Below, in pieces: positions 29,574 through 39,027 of a DNA stretch of 64,000 nucleotides (positions are counted from its first letter, which is position 1; each line of letters opens with the position of its first letter). A program made the translations under genes and the position numbers. The notes beneath the pieces are model-generated. The model had not been told where the DNA came from. It did no database searches and saw nothing but the letters and a program-made list of their open reading frames with translations. Location of the stretch: positions 1,902 through 65,901 of the forward strand of contig CAYQAW010000005.1 of assembly GCA_964415615.1 (NCBI GenBank), written 5' to 3'. The DNA comes from an uncultured Gammaproteobacteria bacterium. GTDB lineage: Bacteria > Patescibacteriota > Microgenomatia > Daviesbacterales > UBA10151.

Positions 29574-30019
29574 AACAAGTTTTAATAATAGCTGGCTCTG
29601 ATTCTGATGTACATGTAATGAAAGATGCTGCGAAAGTTTTAGAAGAATTTGGAGTAGAGTATGAGCTTACAATTTCTTCCGCTCATAGGTCTCCAGAAAG
29701 AACTAGGGAGTTGGTAGAAGATGCTAAAAGCAGTGGAGTAAAAGTGATTATTGCAGGGGCTGGGATGGCAGCCCACTTAGCAGGTGTTATAGCAGCGCAG
29801 TTTCCTTTGCCAGTTATTGGGGTACCTTTACAAAGTGGAGTATTAGGTGGGGTTGATGCTTTGCTTTCTACTATGCAAATGCCATCAGGTGTTCCTGTTG
29901 CAACTGTTGCTATTAATGGAGCTAAAAATGCAGGAATCTTGGCAGTACAAATTTTGGCAACTTCAGATAAAAATTTAGAAGAAAAATTAATTGAGTTTAA
30001 AAAGAAACTGGCATTTTAA
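29570..30019 (+). CDS. purE: N5-CAIR mutase / AIR carboxylase catalytic subunit
   Basis: VLIIAGSDSD...AHRSPERT...IIAGAGMAAHLAGV. Confidence 0.9.
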   Translation: MKQVLIIAGSDSDVHVMKDAAKVLEEFGVEYELTISSAHRSPERTRELVEDAKSSGVKVIIAGAGMAAHLAGVIAAQFPLPVIGVPLQSGVLGGVDALLSTMQMPSGVPVATVAINGAKNAGILAVQILATSDKNLEEKLIEFKKKLAF

Positions 30020-30020
30020 A

Positions 30021-30983
30021 ATGGTACAGGCAAAAACAATTTTAAAATCCCTGCCCCATATTTTAAAAGAAGTAAATATTCCTAACTTAGGTAAAAGATA
30101 TAATGGTAAGGTTAGAGATTTCTACATAGTAGATGGCAAGAGAATAATTATTACCACAGACAGACAATCTGCTTTTGATGTTATTTTAGGCCATATTCCA
30201 TACAAAGGAGCAGTATTGAACTTACTCTCATCATTTTGGTTTGAAAAAACCAAAGATATAGTCCCAAACCATATTATTTCTATCCCTGACCCAAATGTGT
30301 CTATTACCAAAGATGCCACCTTAATTCCAATTGAGATGGTAGTCAGAGGTTATATTAGTGGAGTTACAAATACATCTATTTGGGGATCTTATGAAAAAGG
30401 GGAAAGAGAAATTTATGGAATTAAATTTCCAGATGGTTTAAAAAAGAATCAAAAGTTGCTTACTCCTGTTATAACTCCTACCACCAAAGCTTCCAAAGGC
30501 CATGATGAAAGGCTAACAGAAAAGGAAATTTTACAAAAAAAGATTGTTAGCCCAAAAATATGGAAACAGATGAAAGAGGTAACTCTAAAACTTTTCGAAA
30601 GAGGAACAAAAATTTGCGCAAAGAAAGGAATAATTTTAGTTGATACGAAATATGAGTTTGGACTTTTGAATGGAAAACTGATTTTAATTGATGAGTTGCA
30701 TACTCCAGATGGATCCAGGTTTTGGATCAAAAAGACATACAAAGAAAGATTTGAAAAAGGCTTGGAGCCAGAAAATTTTGATAAAGAATTCTTAAGGCTT
30801 TGGTATGCCCAAAAAGGTTATAAAGGTAACGGAGTACCCCCTAAAATGAGTAAAGACTTAATAGTAAGTTTATCCCAAAGATATATTTCCATCTATGAAA
30901 AATTAACAGGCAAAAAGTTTAAAGTATTTGAGTATCCAATAGAGGAAAGAATAAAAAATAATTTAAGGAATATATATGCTTGA
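30021..30983 (+). CDS. purC: SAICAR synthetase (long, eukaryote/archaeal-like form)
   Basis: GKVRDFY motif. Start set at MVQAKT immediately after the purE stop. Confidence 0.8.
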   Translation: MVQAKTILKSLPHILKEVNIPNLGKRYNGKVRDFYIVDGKRIIITTDRQSAFDVILGHIPYKGAVLNLLSSFWFEKTKDIVPNHIISIPDPNVSITKDATLIPIEMVVRGYISGVTNTSIWGSYEKGEREIYGIKFPDGLKKNQKLLTPVITPTTKASKGHDERLTEKEILQKKIVSPKIWKQMKEVTLKLFERGTKICAKKGIILVDTKYEFGLLNGKLILIDELHTPDGSRFWIKKTYKERFEKGLEPENFDKEFLRLWYAQKGYKGNGVPPKMSKDLIVSLSQRYISIYEKLTGKKFKVFEYPIEERIKNNLRNIYA

Positions 30984-31656
30984 TGGACCAGCACAAATTG
31001 AAGGTAGCAGAGGAGCTTTTTCTTTTCTTCGGGATCGTTTAAAAAACCATCAATGGACTGAAGAGATTGAAGCAAGGTATAATTCCGTAGTAGAACCAGT
31101 AGGGATTGTTTCAGAGAGACAAGGCTTAGTGTCTGTATTTATAGATAGCCAAGCAATTAATGTGTTTGAAAAACACTGGAGGAGATATGGAGGTAGAGAA
31201 GTTGGAGGTTGGTCAATAGGTGAAGAAGGGATGGTTGGTAATCATCCATTTCAGCATATCACAACAGTAATACCAGATTTAGGCAGTTGATCAATGGGAG
31301 ATTTTAAATTCAACGGTTCTTTGGAAGCTCTAAATTATGTCAGACAAAGAAGGACACAAGGGGCAAGACTAGTAATTATAGGGACAGCGCATACTCACCC
31401 AACTGCCTGGTCAGGAAGAATAACTGGACCTGGGAGAGATTCATCTGTTTTTGCAGCATATGATCCTAGTCTGATAGTTGAAGAAGAATGGTCCAAAGTA
31501 AGAACTCACTTAGTTTTAACGCCACAAGATAATAATGCCTTGGATATTTGGCAAGCAAAATCTACCAAAGAACCTTGGGAAAAAAGATTAGTGAGAAATG
31601 GATATTTTCTTTTGCAGCCTAAGAATACTCCCCGAAGTAGGATAAAATTACTTTAG
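30976..31656 (+). pseudogene. JAB/MPN (JAMM) metalloprotease-like gene interrupted by an in-frame TGA at 31288-31290
   Basis: Part 1 carries E-x2-G-x-S-x-G (REVGGWSIGEEG). Part 2 carries HTHP...S...D about 62 aa downstream, which is the spacing expected of the JAMM E...HxHx7Sx2D signature. TGA is a genuine stop elsewhere in this window. GC is above local background. Confidence 0.45.
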
Positions 31657-31681
31657 TGATATTTAATCTAATAAACTTTAC

Positions 31682-31710
31682 TTAAACTTGACGATCGTTA
31701 CAAATAAGTA
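31682..31710 (+). repeat. Left copy of a ~29-nt direct repeat flanking the PaaX-like cassette
   Basis: ttaaacttgacgatcgttacaaataagta versus ctaaacttaacgatcgttaatatttagta at 32233-32261 (23/29 identical). Confidence 0.6.
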
Positions 31711-31728
31711 TATTCTGAAAATATACCA

Positions 31729-32232
31729 ATGATTAAGAAAAATTCATTGAGCTATTTTTTGCTATTAGGTTTGGAGAAATCAATTCAAAGCGGAGTTTTG
31801 TTGATGGATTTTGCCTATAATTCCCACCTTTATGTTTACCCTGGACGTGACCCAAGAGAAATTAATTATGGTGCTCTTTATCAGGCAGTTAGAGATCTGC
31901 GCGAAAAGGGTTTTATTGAAACAGAAAAAGATGGGAGCAAGCTTTTATTGAAGTTGACAGAGACAGGAAGACAAGAAGCTATCATCAGAAAATTACTTAC
32001 AGAAGAAGTCTTGGATGGTAAATGGAGAGTTGTCATTTTTGATATTCCAGAAAAGCATAAAAAATTAAGGCACGCCTTAAGGTGGAAATTAAGAGAGTGG
32101 GAATTTATTCCCTGGCAAAAGAGTGTTTGGATATCTAAAAAAGATTTAGTAGTTCCATTAAGAAATTTTATAAACGAGATAGATATTTCTCAATGGGTTA
32201 AAGTGTTTACAGCAGAGGATATCAATCTTTAG
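31729..32232 (+). CDS. Small PaaX-family-like regulator (N-terminal winged helix plus PaaX middle-domain-like region)
   Basis: Winged-helix-like N-terminus (GALYQAVRDLREKGFIETEKDGSKLLLKLTETG). The next segment, LDGKWRVVIFDIPEKHKKLRHALRWKLREWEFIPWQKSVWIS, resembles PaaX WDGKWLLLL...LIWQGFG. Confidence 0.45.
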   Translation: MIKKNSLSYFLLLGLEKSIQSGVLLMDFAYNSHLYVYPGRDPREINYGALYQAVRDLREKGFIETEKDGSKLLLKLTETGRQEAIIRKLLTEEVLDGKWRVVIFDIPEKHKKLRHALRWKLREWEFIPWQKSVWISKKDLVVPLRNFINEIDISQWVKVFTAEDINL

Positions 32233-32261
32233 CTAAACTTAACGATCGTTAATATTTAGTA
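32233..32261 (+). repeat. Right copy of the ~29-nt direct repeat
   Basis: Direct sequence comparison. Preceded by the palindromic 10-mer tttagctaaa. Confidence 0.6.
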
Positions 32262-32295
32262 AAGTAACTGAAAGTTATAAAGTCATATTGATCAC

Positions 32296-32817
32296 TTATA
32301 TTTCCTTATACATATAAATGTGATCTACAAATTTTCCTTTGTGAAGGATGCCCTTGGGGAGTCTGCCGTATTCAACAAATCCCCTTTTTTCATACAAACT
32401 TTTTGCTATTGGGTTGTCTCCAAAAACTCCCAGATCAATTATTTTTAGACCTGTTAAATTCTTTTTAGCTTCTTTTAAAACTTTTTCCATCAAAGTTTTA
32501 CCTATACCTTTATTTCTAAAATTCTTTGCCAAAGTAATACCAAAAACTCCAATATGTTTTTCAGCCCTATCTTTCATTGTTATCCCAGAAACACCAATTA
32601 ATTTGTCTCCAGCAAATGCAAAAATTTGGACAGACTTTTTATCAATAATCTTTTTCAACTCTCCCTCAAGCCATTTTGCTTCCATTTCCCAGGTAATCTC
32701 CTCTCCCTGAAAAAGAATAAAAGTTTGCTCTTTGGAGATAGTATTAATATATTCCCAGACAGCTTTTAGGTCATTTTTGGTAGGGTAACGGAAGGTAATA
32801 TTTTTTGTCAGTTTCAT
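32296..32817 (-). CDS. GNAT-family N-acetyltransferase
   Basis: Acetyl-CoA binding motif FRNKGIGKTLMEKVL (Q/RxxGxG/A). Confidence 0.75.
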   Translation of the reverse strand: MKLTKNITFRYPTKNDLKAVWEYINTISKEQTFILFQGEEITWEMEAKWLEGELKKIIDKKSVQIFAFAGDKLIGVSGITMKDRAEKHIGVFGITLAKNFRNKGIGKTLMEKVLKEAKKNLTGLKIIDLGVFGDNPIAKSLYEKRGFVEYGRLPKGILHKGKFVDHIYMYKEI

Positions 32818-32839
32818 GATATAATTATATCAAGGCAAT

Positions 32840-33823
32840 ATGGCAACCAACAATGGGTTTGTACTTTTAACAGGAACTGCAAATTTACCCCTAGCCCGAG
32901 ATATTGCCAAAATTTTAGGAAGAGAAGTTGATGAAACTGTGACTGTTTTTGCAGATGGTGAGAAAAGAATTGTTATCCCCGAGAATTTGAGAAGAAGAGA
33001 TGTTTTTATTATTCAGCCAACTTGTCCTCCTCAAGTTGATGCCAATATCATGGAGCTGCTTTTAATAATAGATGCAGCAAAAAGATCATCTGCTGCAGAG
33101 ATTTCCGCTATAATTCCTTATTTTGGATATTCCAGGCAGGATAGAAAAGACAGACCCAGGGTTCCTATTTCTGCTTCTTTGGTTGCAGGGTTGATAGAGC
33201 ATGCGGGAGCAGATAGGATTGTGACAGTTGATATTCATAGCGAGCAAGAGCCAGGATTTATTAAAAGCCCCTGGGATGTTTTATACAGCAGCTATTCTCT
33301 GCTGCCGAAACTAGAAAAATACTTTGGAAAAAACCTGGTGGTAGCATCACCTGATAAAGGTGGAGTTCCAAAGGCTGCATTTTTTGCAGAACTTTTAGAA
33401 GCAGATGGAGTTGCTATAGTTTTTAAAGAAAGGGATGTAATGCAGAGAAATTCCAGTAAGGTTTTAGATATGATAGGTCATGTTGAAGGCAAAGATGTTT
33501 TAATTGTTGATGATATGATTGATACTGCAGGAACTGTATGTGATGCTGCGCAGTTGTTTGCCCAAAGAGGAGCAAAAAGTATTTCTGTTGCTGCTACTCA
33601 TGGAATCTTTTCTGATCCAGCTCCTGGCAGACTAGAAAAATCTGTTATAGAAAAGATTTTTATTACAGATACTGTGCCAATCAGAAAAGAAATGCTGCAA
33701 AATTCTAAATTAACTGTTATTTCTGTGGCAGAACTTTTGGCAGAGGCTATTAAACGTATTTATAATGGTGATTCACTCTCGGAAGAGCTAATACCTAAAA
33801 CTCACAAAGAAGAGAGAAACTAA
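32840..33823 (+). CDS. prs: Ribose-phosphate pyrophosphokinase
   Basis: PRPP-binding DDMIDTAGT; VDIHS; 327 aa. Confidence 0.85.
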   Translation: MATNNGFVLLTGTANLPLARDIAKILGREVDETVTVFADGEKRIVIPENLRRRDVFIIQPTCPPQVDANIMELLLIIDAAKRSSAAEISAIIPYFGYSRQDRKDRPRVPISASLVAGLIEHAGADRIVTVDIHSEQEPGFIKSPWDVLYSSYSLLPKLEKYFGKNLVVASPDKGGVPKAAFFAELLEADGVAIVFKERDVMQRNSSKVLDMIGHVEGKDVLIVDDMIDTAGTVCDAAQLFAQRGAKSISVAATHGIFSDPAPGRLEKSVIEKIFITDTVPIRKEMLQNSKLTVISVAELLAEAIKRIYNGDSLSEELIPKTHKEERN

Positions 33824-34923
33824 CGCAACCCTAAAGTTTCAGCATTAAAGACAATATTTTTAGGTTTGATAACTATTTGTTTTAGTCCTTTTTTAACGAC
33901 TCCTGCATTCCAGGATTTGAAACCATTTTCTGCAATTTTCTTTTGAGCTTTTTCTGCTTGATCTGTTGGTAAATATATAGCAAAGCCTGCGCCCATGTTA
34001 AAGGTGCCATACATTTCCTTATTACTGCTTCCAGAGTGTTCCTGAATAAAGTTAAAGATTGGAGGAATTGGAGGAATTTGAGCAAGTAGGTAAGTAAAAT
34101 TTCTGTCTGCTCTCATGAGTTTTCTCCAACCATGCCCAGTAATATTGACCATATAATGAATATCTACATTATTTTCAAACAAAGATTTTATTAGCTTTAC
34201 ATAAATATGAGAAGGAATAAGTAGTGTGTCACCAAATGATGTACCATCAGGCAGTTTAGTAGCATATCCATTTGGTAAACTCTCAGCGAGCTTTCTTGCT
34301 AAGGATAAACCATTTGTATGAATACCACTGCTTTCTATCAGTATTATTGTATCTTGATCTTGCAATTTATCTTCCAAAGTGAGTCTACTTTTAGGCTTTA
34401 CTATCCCAATGCATGCTCCTGCCAGGTCTATAGTGTCAGGGTTAATAATACCTGTAAGTCCAGGTGTTTCACCACCACCCCATGTTACTCCTGCCAAATT
34501 ACAAGCCTGTGCCCAGCCATCTATTAAAGATTGAGAGCGGGAGGTATCAGAAAACCAACCTGGTCCACCTGATCCAAAATATGCATTTACAACCTGTGGT
34601 ATGGCTCCAACTGTGAGGATATCATTTACAATTGCAGCTACTGTGTCTTGAGCAATTTGATCATAATAAGTTTTGCCAGTGATTTTTTGCATCTGATCTG
34701 CGACTAAGTTTTTAGTACCCAATCCTTCAACAACAAATGCCCGATAAGAATCTTCCTCTTCCCAAACATAAGCAGACTCACCTCTGCTTTGCTCAACTTC
34801 TTTGGCTCCAAAGTATAATAGGTTTTTGGAAGTTTGCTTACCTGCTTGTTGAGCAGATTTTTTTAGAGGATCTATTACTGAATAGTCAACACCAGTTTGA
34901 GCATAATTAATTTTAGATTTCAT
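33820..34923 (-). CDS. purM: Phosphoribosylformylglycinamidine cyclo-ligase (AIR synthetase), somewhat divergent
   Basis: Collinear matches to E. coli PurM: YAQTGVD, EGLGTKN, VNDILTVGAIP, GGGETPG, SSGIHTNGLSLARK, MYGTFNMGAGF. Start chosen at MKSKINY. Confidence 0.65.
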   Translation of the reverse strand: MKSKINYAQTGVDYSVIDPLKKSAQQAGKQTSKNLLYFGAKEVEQSRGESAYVWEEEDSYRAFVVEGLGTKNLVADQMQKITGKTYYDQIAQDTVAAIVNDILTVGAIPQVVNAYFGSGGPGWFSDTSRSQSLIDGWAQACNLAGVTWGGGETPGLTGIINPDTIDLAGACIGIVKPKSRLTLEDKLQDQDTIILIESSGIHTNGLSLARKLAESLPNGYATKLPDGTSFGDTLLIPSHIYVKLIKSLFENNVDIHYMVNITGHGWRKLMRADRNFTYLLAQIPPIPPIFNFIQEHSGSSNKEMYGTFNMGAGFAIYLPTDQAEKAQKKIAENGFKSWNAGVVKKGLKQIVIKPKNIVFNAETLGLR

Positions 34924-34954
34924 GAACTTATGATACCATATAGTTTCCAATCTC

Positions 34955-35815
34955 ATGAAAAAAGCACGTACCCCTAATCATAAATCTTCTAAAAAATTAA
35001 TTTCATCATTGACCTTAATTCTGATATTTCTAAGTGTTTGTGTAATTTACCAATCATTTTATTTTAGAAAATCTATCCCTGATATGACAGAGTTACCTAA
35101 AGATGTAAAACAATCAATTAAAGATGTAAAACCCCAAAAAAACCTAGAGGTGCCAATACTTTTATATCATTATGTAGAGTATGTCAAAGATCCTGGAGAC
35201 ACTATCAGAAAATCTTTGAATATTTTACCTCCTACTTTTGAAGTTGAAATAAAAACCTTAAAAGACGCAGGCTACTCTTTTGTTACGATGGCTGATTTAG
35301 CAAATGCTTTAGATGATAGAGTAACTTTATCTCCTAAATCTGTAATCTTAACTTTTGATGATGGTTACAGGGATTTTTATACGGATGTATTTCCTATTCT
35401 AAAAAGACAACAGGTAAAAGCTACTGTTTTTATTGTGCCAAATTTTTTAGATAAACCAAATAATATGGATACATGGATGATTAAAGAAATTGCCCAAAGT
35501 GGTTTAGTAGAAATAGGAGCCCATACAATGAATCATACATATTTGACTAGTTTACCTTTGAAAAGAGTAGAGTATGAAGTGATACAAAGTAAGAAATATT
35601 TAGAGAAGCTTTTGGGGTATAGAATTGTTTCCTTTGCTTATCCTTATGGAGCTTTTGATAATACTACTATTGATGTAGTGAAAAAGGCAGGTTTTAGATC
35701 TGCTGTGACGACTATTTCTGGTTTTTTCACTCAAGATTTAAACAGGTTTTTCCTTTATAGAATAAGGCCAGGGGGTAGGGTAGGAGAATCACTTTTAGAG
35801 CTGCTTAAATTCTAA
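34955..35815 (+). CDS. Polysaccharide deacetylase (NodB-domain), membrane-anchored
   Basis: N-terminal TM segment. LTFDDGY motif and H-x4-H. Confidence 0.75.
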   Translation: MKKARTPNHKSSKKLISSLTLILIFLSVCVIYQSFYFRKSIPDMTELPKDVKQSIKDVKPQKNLEVPILLYHYVEYVKDPGDTIRKSLNILPPTFEVEIKTLKDAGYSFVTMADLANALDDRVTLSPKSVILTFDDGYRDFYTDVFPILKRQQVKATVFIVPNFLDKPNNMDTWMIKEIAQSGLVEIGAHTMNHTYLTSLPLKRVEYEVIQSKKYLEKLLGYRIVSFAYPYGAFDNTTIDVVKKAGFRSAVTTISGFFTQDLNRFFLYRIRPGGRVGESLLELLKF

Positions 35816-35819
35816 AGAT

Positions 35820-36083
35820 ATGAGGATTTTTGTAAAAGCTAGACCAAAAAGTAAAAAAGAATATATTAAAAGAGAAGGGGAAGGTAGTTTTATAGTGGCA
35901 GTAAAAGAGGTGTCAGAAAAAGGAAAAGCAAATCAAGCAATTATAAAAGCCCTAGCTGAATTTTTTAATATTCCAATCTCTTCCATAGTTTTGGTTTCTG
36001 GACAAACTTTTAAACAAAAAGTATTTGAAATTCCTTTAAGTTTGAGAGATCTTGAAAAAACTTACGATCTTACATTATTCTAA
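35820..36083 (+). CDS. DUF167 (YggU-like) protein
   Basis: 87 aa; ...KGKANQAIIKALAEFFNIPISSIVLVSGQTFKQKV fits DUF167. Confidence 0.6.
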   Translation: MRIFVKARPKSKKEYIKREGEGSFIVAVKEVSEKGKANQAIIKALAEFFNIPISSIVLVSGQTFKQKVFEIPLSLRDLEKTYDLTLF

Positions 36084-36140
36084 CTATCTTCTTATATATT
36101 TGTGATATTTAAAAGTGTATACTAAAAAAGATTTAGATTA

Positions 36141-36584
36141 ATGAATAATAATAAAATTATTATTGGAATAATAGTTATAGCCTTGGTTGTAGGAATAGTA
36201 TTTATTGTTAGTAGTAATAAAGGTTATACACCCTCAAGTCCTACTTTGACTACTACTCCTCAGGCGACGATCGAGCCAACTTCACAAGCAACTGTTTCTT
36301 CACAAATTATCCAAGAGCAAAATACAATAACATTAGATTCTTCAGGGTTTTCGCCTAACTCTTTAACTGTTAAGGCCGGAGATAAAGTTACCTGGGTTAA
36401 CAAAAGCGGTGCTGATGCATCCGTAAATTCCAGCCCTCATCCTACTCATACAGATTACTTACCACTTAATTTAGATGCTTTTCCTGATAATGGAACACTT
36501 TCTTTAACCTTTGATAAATCAGGTACTTACAAATATCATAATCATTTAAATCCCAGCCAATTTGGCACGATTGTTGTTGAATAA
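36141..36584 (+). CDS. Secreted/anchored cupredoxin-fold-like protein lacking the copper-ligating Cys
   Basis: Signal anchor plus Thr/Ser-rich linker. FSPNSLTVKAGDKVTWVN...GTYKYHNHLNP...GTIVV resembles a plastocyanin-like domain, but with no Cys. Confidence 0.4.
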   Translation: MNNNKIIIGIIVIALVVGIVFIVSSNKGYTPSSPTLTTTPQATIEPTSQATVSSQIIQEQNTITLDSSGFSPNSLTVKAGDKVTWVNKSGADASVNSSPHPTHTDYLPLNLDAFPDNGTLSLTFDKSGTYKYHNHLNPSQFGTIVVE

Positions 36585-36635
36585 TTTCCTCCTTACAATT
36601 GAATTATTCCTTGGTAGTTACTGTATAATTTCTAT

Positions 36636-37523
36636 ATGGGTAGGCATGCTAGAAGAATAACTCTCTTTATACCTATAGCTTATATTATTGTTGTTAGTAT
36701 TTTTCTGTTTTGGCACAGGGTAGGATTTTCTCCTGATCAGTTTTTTGCAGTTGCCCTTCTTATTACTCTTATTATTGGCAGATCAAAACAATTTGTGCTG
36801 GATTGGTCGGTTCCTGTGGTTTTATTTTTGAGTTATGACTATTTGAGAGGACTCCTGCCTAAATTAACTCAGCAAGCCCATATATTCCCAATGATTAATT
36901 TTGACCAAGCAATTTTTGGAAATTTACCTACAAATAGTTTACAAAATGTGTTTTATTCTGACGGAGCAATTCATTGGTACGATTATTTGGCAACTGTTTT
37001 ATATATGTCACATTTTGTAGTCCCTATGGTGGTGGCTTTCTTATTTTGGTTAAAAAGCAGGGAAGATTTTAGGAATTATTCTCTAACTCTTTTAGTTTTA
37101 TCTTATGCTGCCTTTATAACCTTTCTTATATTTCCAGCAATGCCCCCTTGGATGGCTGCCCAAAAGGGTCTTATTCCGGAGATTACTAAAATAATGGATC
37201 AGGTTTTTGCAAATCTGCCTCAACGGGTTGATCTGCCCAGCTTTTATAAATTTGTTGGCGCTAATTTAGTGGCAGCGGTCCCATCCTTACATGCAGCTTA
37301 TCCTGTGATTACTTTTTTGTTTTTAGCGCGAAAATATAGAAAGTGGGGTTTGCTGATTTTACCCTATGTTCTGGGTATATGGTTCTCTATAGTTTATCTT
37401 GGGGAACATTATGTTCTTGATATTGTGGTTGGTGTTGTGTATTCCCTAATTGCATTTAGCTTAGTTATGTATAGCGGAGAAATTTGGCGGCGAAATCCGA
37501 AAATATACAATTTAAATAAATGA
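36636..37523 (+). CDS. Polytopic membrane protein of the PAP2 superfamily (PAP2_3-like)
   Basis: Multiple TM helices; PSLHAAYP motif. Confidence 0.4.
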   Translation: MGRHARRITLFIPIAYIIVVSIFLFWHRVGFSPDQFFAVALLITLIIGRSKQFVLDWSVPVVLFLSYDYLRGLLPKLTQQAHIFPMINFDQAIFGNLPTNSLQNVFYSDGAIHWYDYLATVLYMSHFVVPMVVAFLFWLKSREDFRNYSLTLLVLSYAAFITFLIFPAMPPWMAAQKGLIPEITKIMDQVFANLPQRVDLPSFYKFVGANLVAAVPSLHAAYPVITFLFLARKYRKWGLLILPYVLGIWFSIVYLGEHYVLDIVVGVVYSLIAFSLVMYSGEIWRRNPKIYNLNK

Positions 37524-38911
37524 AAATCATTGATGACTTATTAAATGGTATTACCATGTATCGCTTAATGCTGTATGTTTTGTTATTTCTTGTTTCTGTT
37601 GCCATAATTTTGAGTTTTTTTAGACTCTTACCATTTGATCCTATTAGCTTATTTTTATCTGCAGCTTTTTTAACTTTAGTTTGTTGGGTAACAAACACTA
37701 TTTTTGCTAAACTTTTTAAAGTTCCTACTAATTTTGAGTCAGTCTATATAACAGCACTGATTTTGACTTTAATTTTGACTCCTGCAAGAACCCCTCATAG
37801 TTTTGTCTTTTTTTTCTGGGTAGCAGTCATCTCGCAATCTTCCAAATATATTTTAGCTATCAACAAAAAACACTTTTTTAATCCAGCAGCTTTTGCAGTA
37901 GCTTTAATTGGCGGGGCCAGCTGGTGGGTAGGTACAATCTGGATGACACCATTTGTTTTGGTAGCAGGATTGTTAGTTGTAAGAAAGATTAGAAAGTTTG
38001 TTTTAGTATTCAGTTTTCTTTTTGTCGCATTAACTTTAATGCCAGTTTCTCAGAAATTAATTCTGGATACACCAATACTTTTCTTTGCTTTAGTGATGCT
38101 AATAGAACCATTAACAACTCCTCCAAATAAAAAATTGCAAGTAATTTATGGGGGTTTAGTAGGAATAGGATTTTCCCAGGTGACACCAGAAATTGCCCTT
38201 TTAGTTGGTAATATTTTTTCCTATATTGTTAGTCCTAAAGAAAAATTGTTACTTATCTTAAAAGAAAAAATACAACTTACTACGGATATTTATGATTTCG
38301 TATTTGGTTTGGATAAAAAATTGAGATTTTTACCAGGACAATATATGGAGTGGACATTGAATAATAAGCCTGATAGTAGGGGAAACAGAAGATATTTCAC
38401 TATTGCTTCATCACCTACAGAAAAGAATCTGCATATTGGTGTAAAATTTTACCCCGATTCTTCCAGTTTTAAGAGGACATTAATATCTTTAAGCCCCGGA
38501 GATGAAATAATAGCTGGACAACTTTCTGGAGAATTTATCCTGCCAGAAGATGTAAGCAAGAAGCTTTGTTTTATCGCAGGAGGAATTGGGATAACTCCTT
38601 ACAGAAGTATTATCAAATATTTACAGGATATTAGTCAAAGAAGAGATATAATTTTACTTTATTCGAGTAAAAAAGAATCAGACTTTGTTTATAAGGATAT
38701 TTTAAACTATGTAAAAACTATTTATATAGTAACAGAAAAAGGACAATTTATTGATGAAACAATGATAAAAATGCAAATTCCTGATTTCAAAGACAGGATT
38801 TTTTATATCTCAGGCCCACACAGTATGGTGGATGCTTTTGAAAAAACTCTGAAAGAGATGGGGATATCTAATAACCAAATTAAGGTAGATTTCTTTCCTG
38901 GATATGCCTAA
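37520..38911 (+). CDS. Membrane-anchored oxidoreductase: N-terminal multi-TM domain fused to a ferredoxin-reductase-type FAD/NAD(P)-binding domain
   Basis: RYFTIASSP (RxYS FAD motif), GGIGITP (NAD-binding), C-terminal FFPGY-like end. Six or more predicted N-terminal TM helices. Confidence 0.6.
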   Translation: MKIIDDLLNGITMYRLMLYVLLFLVSVAIILSFFRLLPFDPISLFLSAAFLTLVCWVTNTIFAKLFKVPTNFESVYITALILTLILTPARTPHSFVFFFWVAVISQSSKYILAINKKHFFNPAAFAVALIGGASWWVGTIWMTPFVLVAGLLVVRKIRKFVLVFSFLFVALTLMPVSQKLILDTPILFFALVMLIEPLTTPPNKKLQVIYGGLVGIGFSQVTPEIALLVGNIFSYIVSPKEKLLLILKEKIQLTTDIYDFVFGLDKKLRFLPGQYMEWTLNNKPDSRGNRRYFTIASSPTEKNLHIGVKFYPDSSSFKRTLISLSPGDEIIAGQLSGEFILPEDVSKKLCFIAGGIGITPYRSIIKYLQDISQRRDIILLYSSKKESDFVYKDILNYVKTIYIVTEKGQFIDETMIKMQIPDFKDRIFYISGPHSMVDAFEKTLKEMGISNNQIKVDFFPGYA

Positions 38912-39027
38912 CTTTGCTGTTGCATGTATTACTCTGATGTATTAAATGCTCCTTTCTGAGCCTGTATTTGATACTGCCATGCAAAGGACTATAGACTTTT
39001 TAAAGAAGTATCTGAAATAATGTAAAT

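Noticed and set aside
31288-31290. TGA recoding (Gly or Sec) joining the two JAB-like ORFs
   Set aside because: TGA clearly functions as a stop elsewhere (purL/purQ ATGA junction; several gene ends). The two halves are also about +1 out of frame. Pseudogene is more likely.
31729-32232. Initial impression of a Cas2-like domain (VVIFDIPEK...LR...SVW)
   Set aside because: A better collinear match is to the PaaX middle domain (WDGKWLLLL...LIWQGFG). There are no CRISPR repeats or cas genes nearby.
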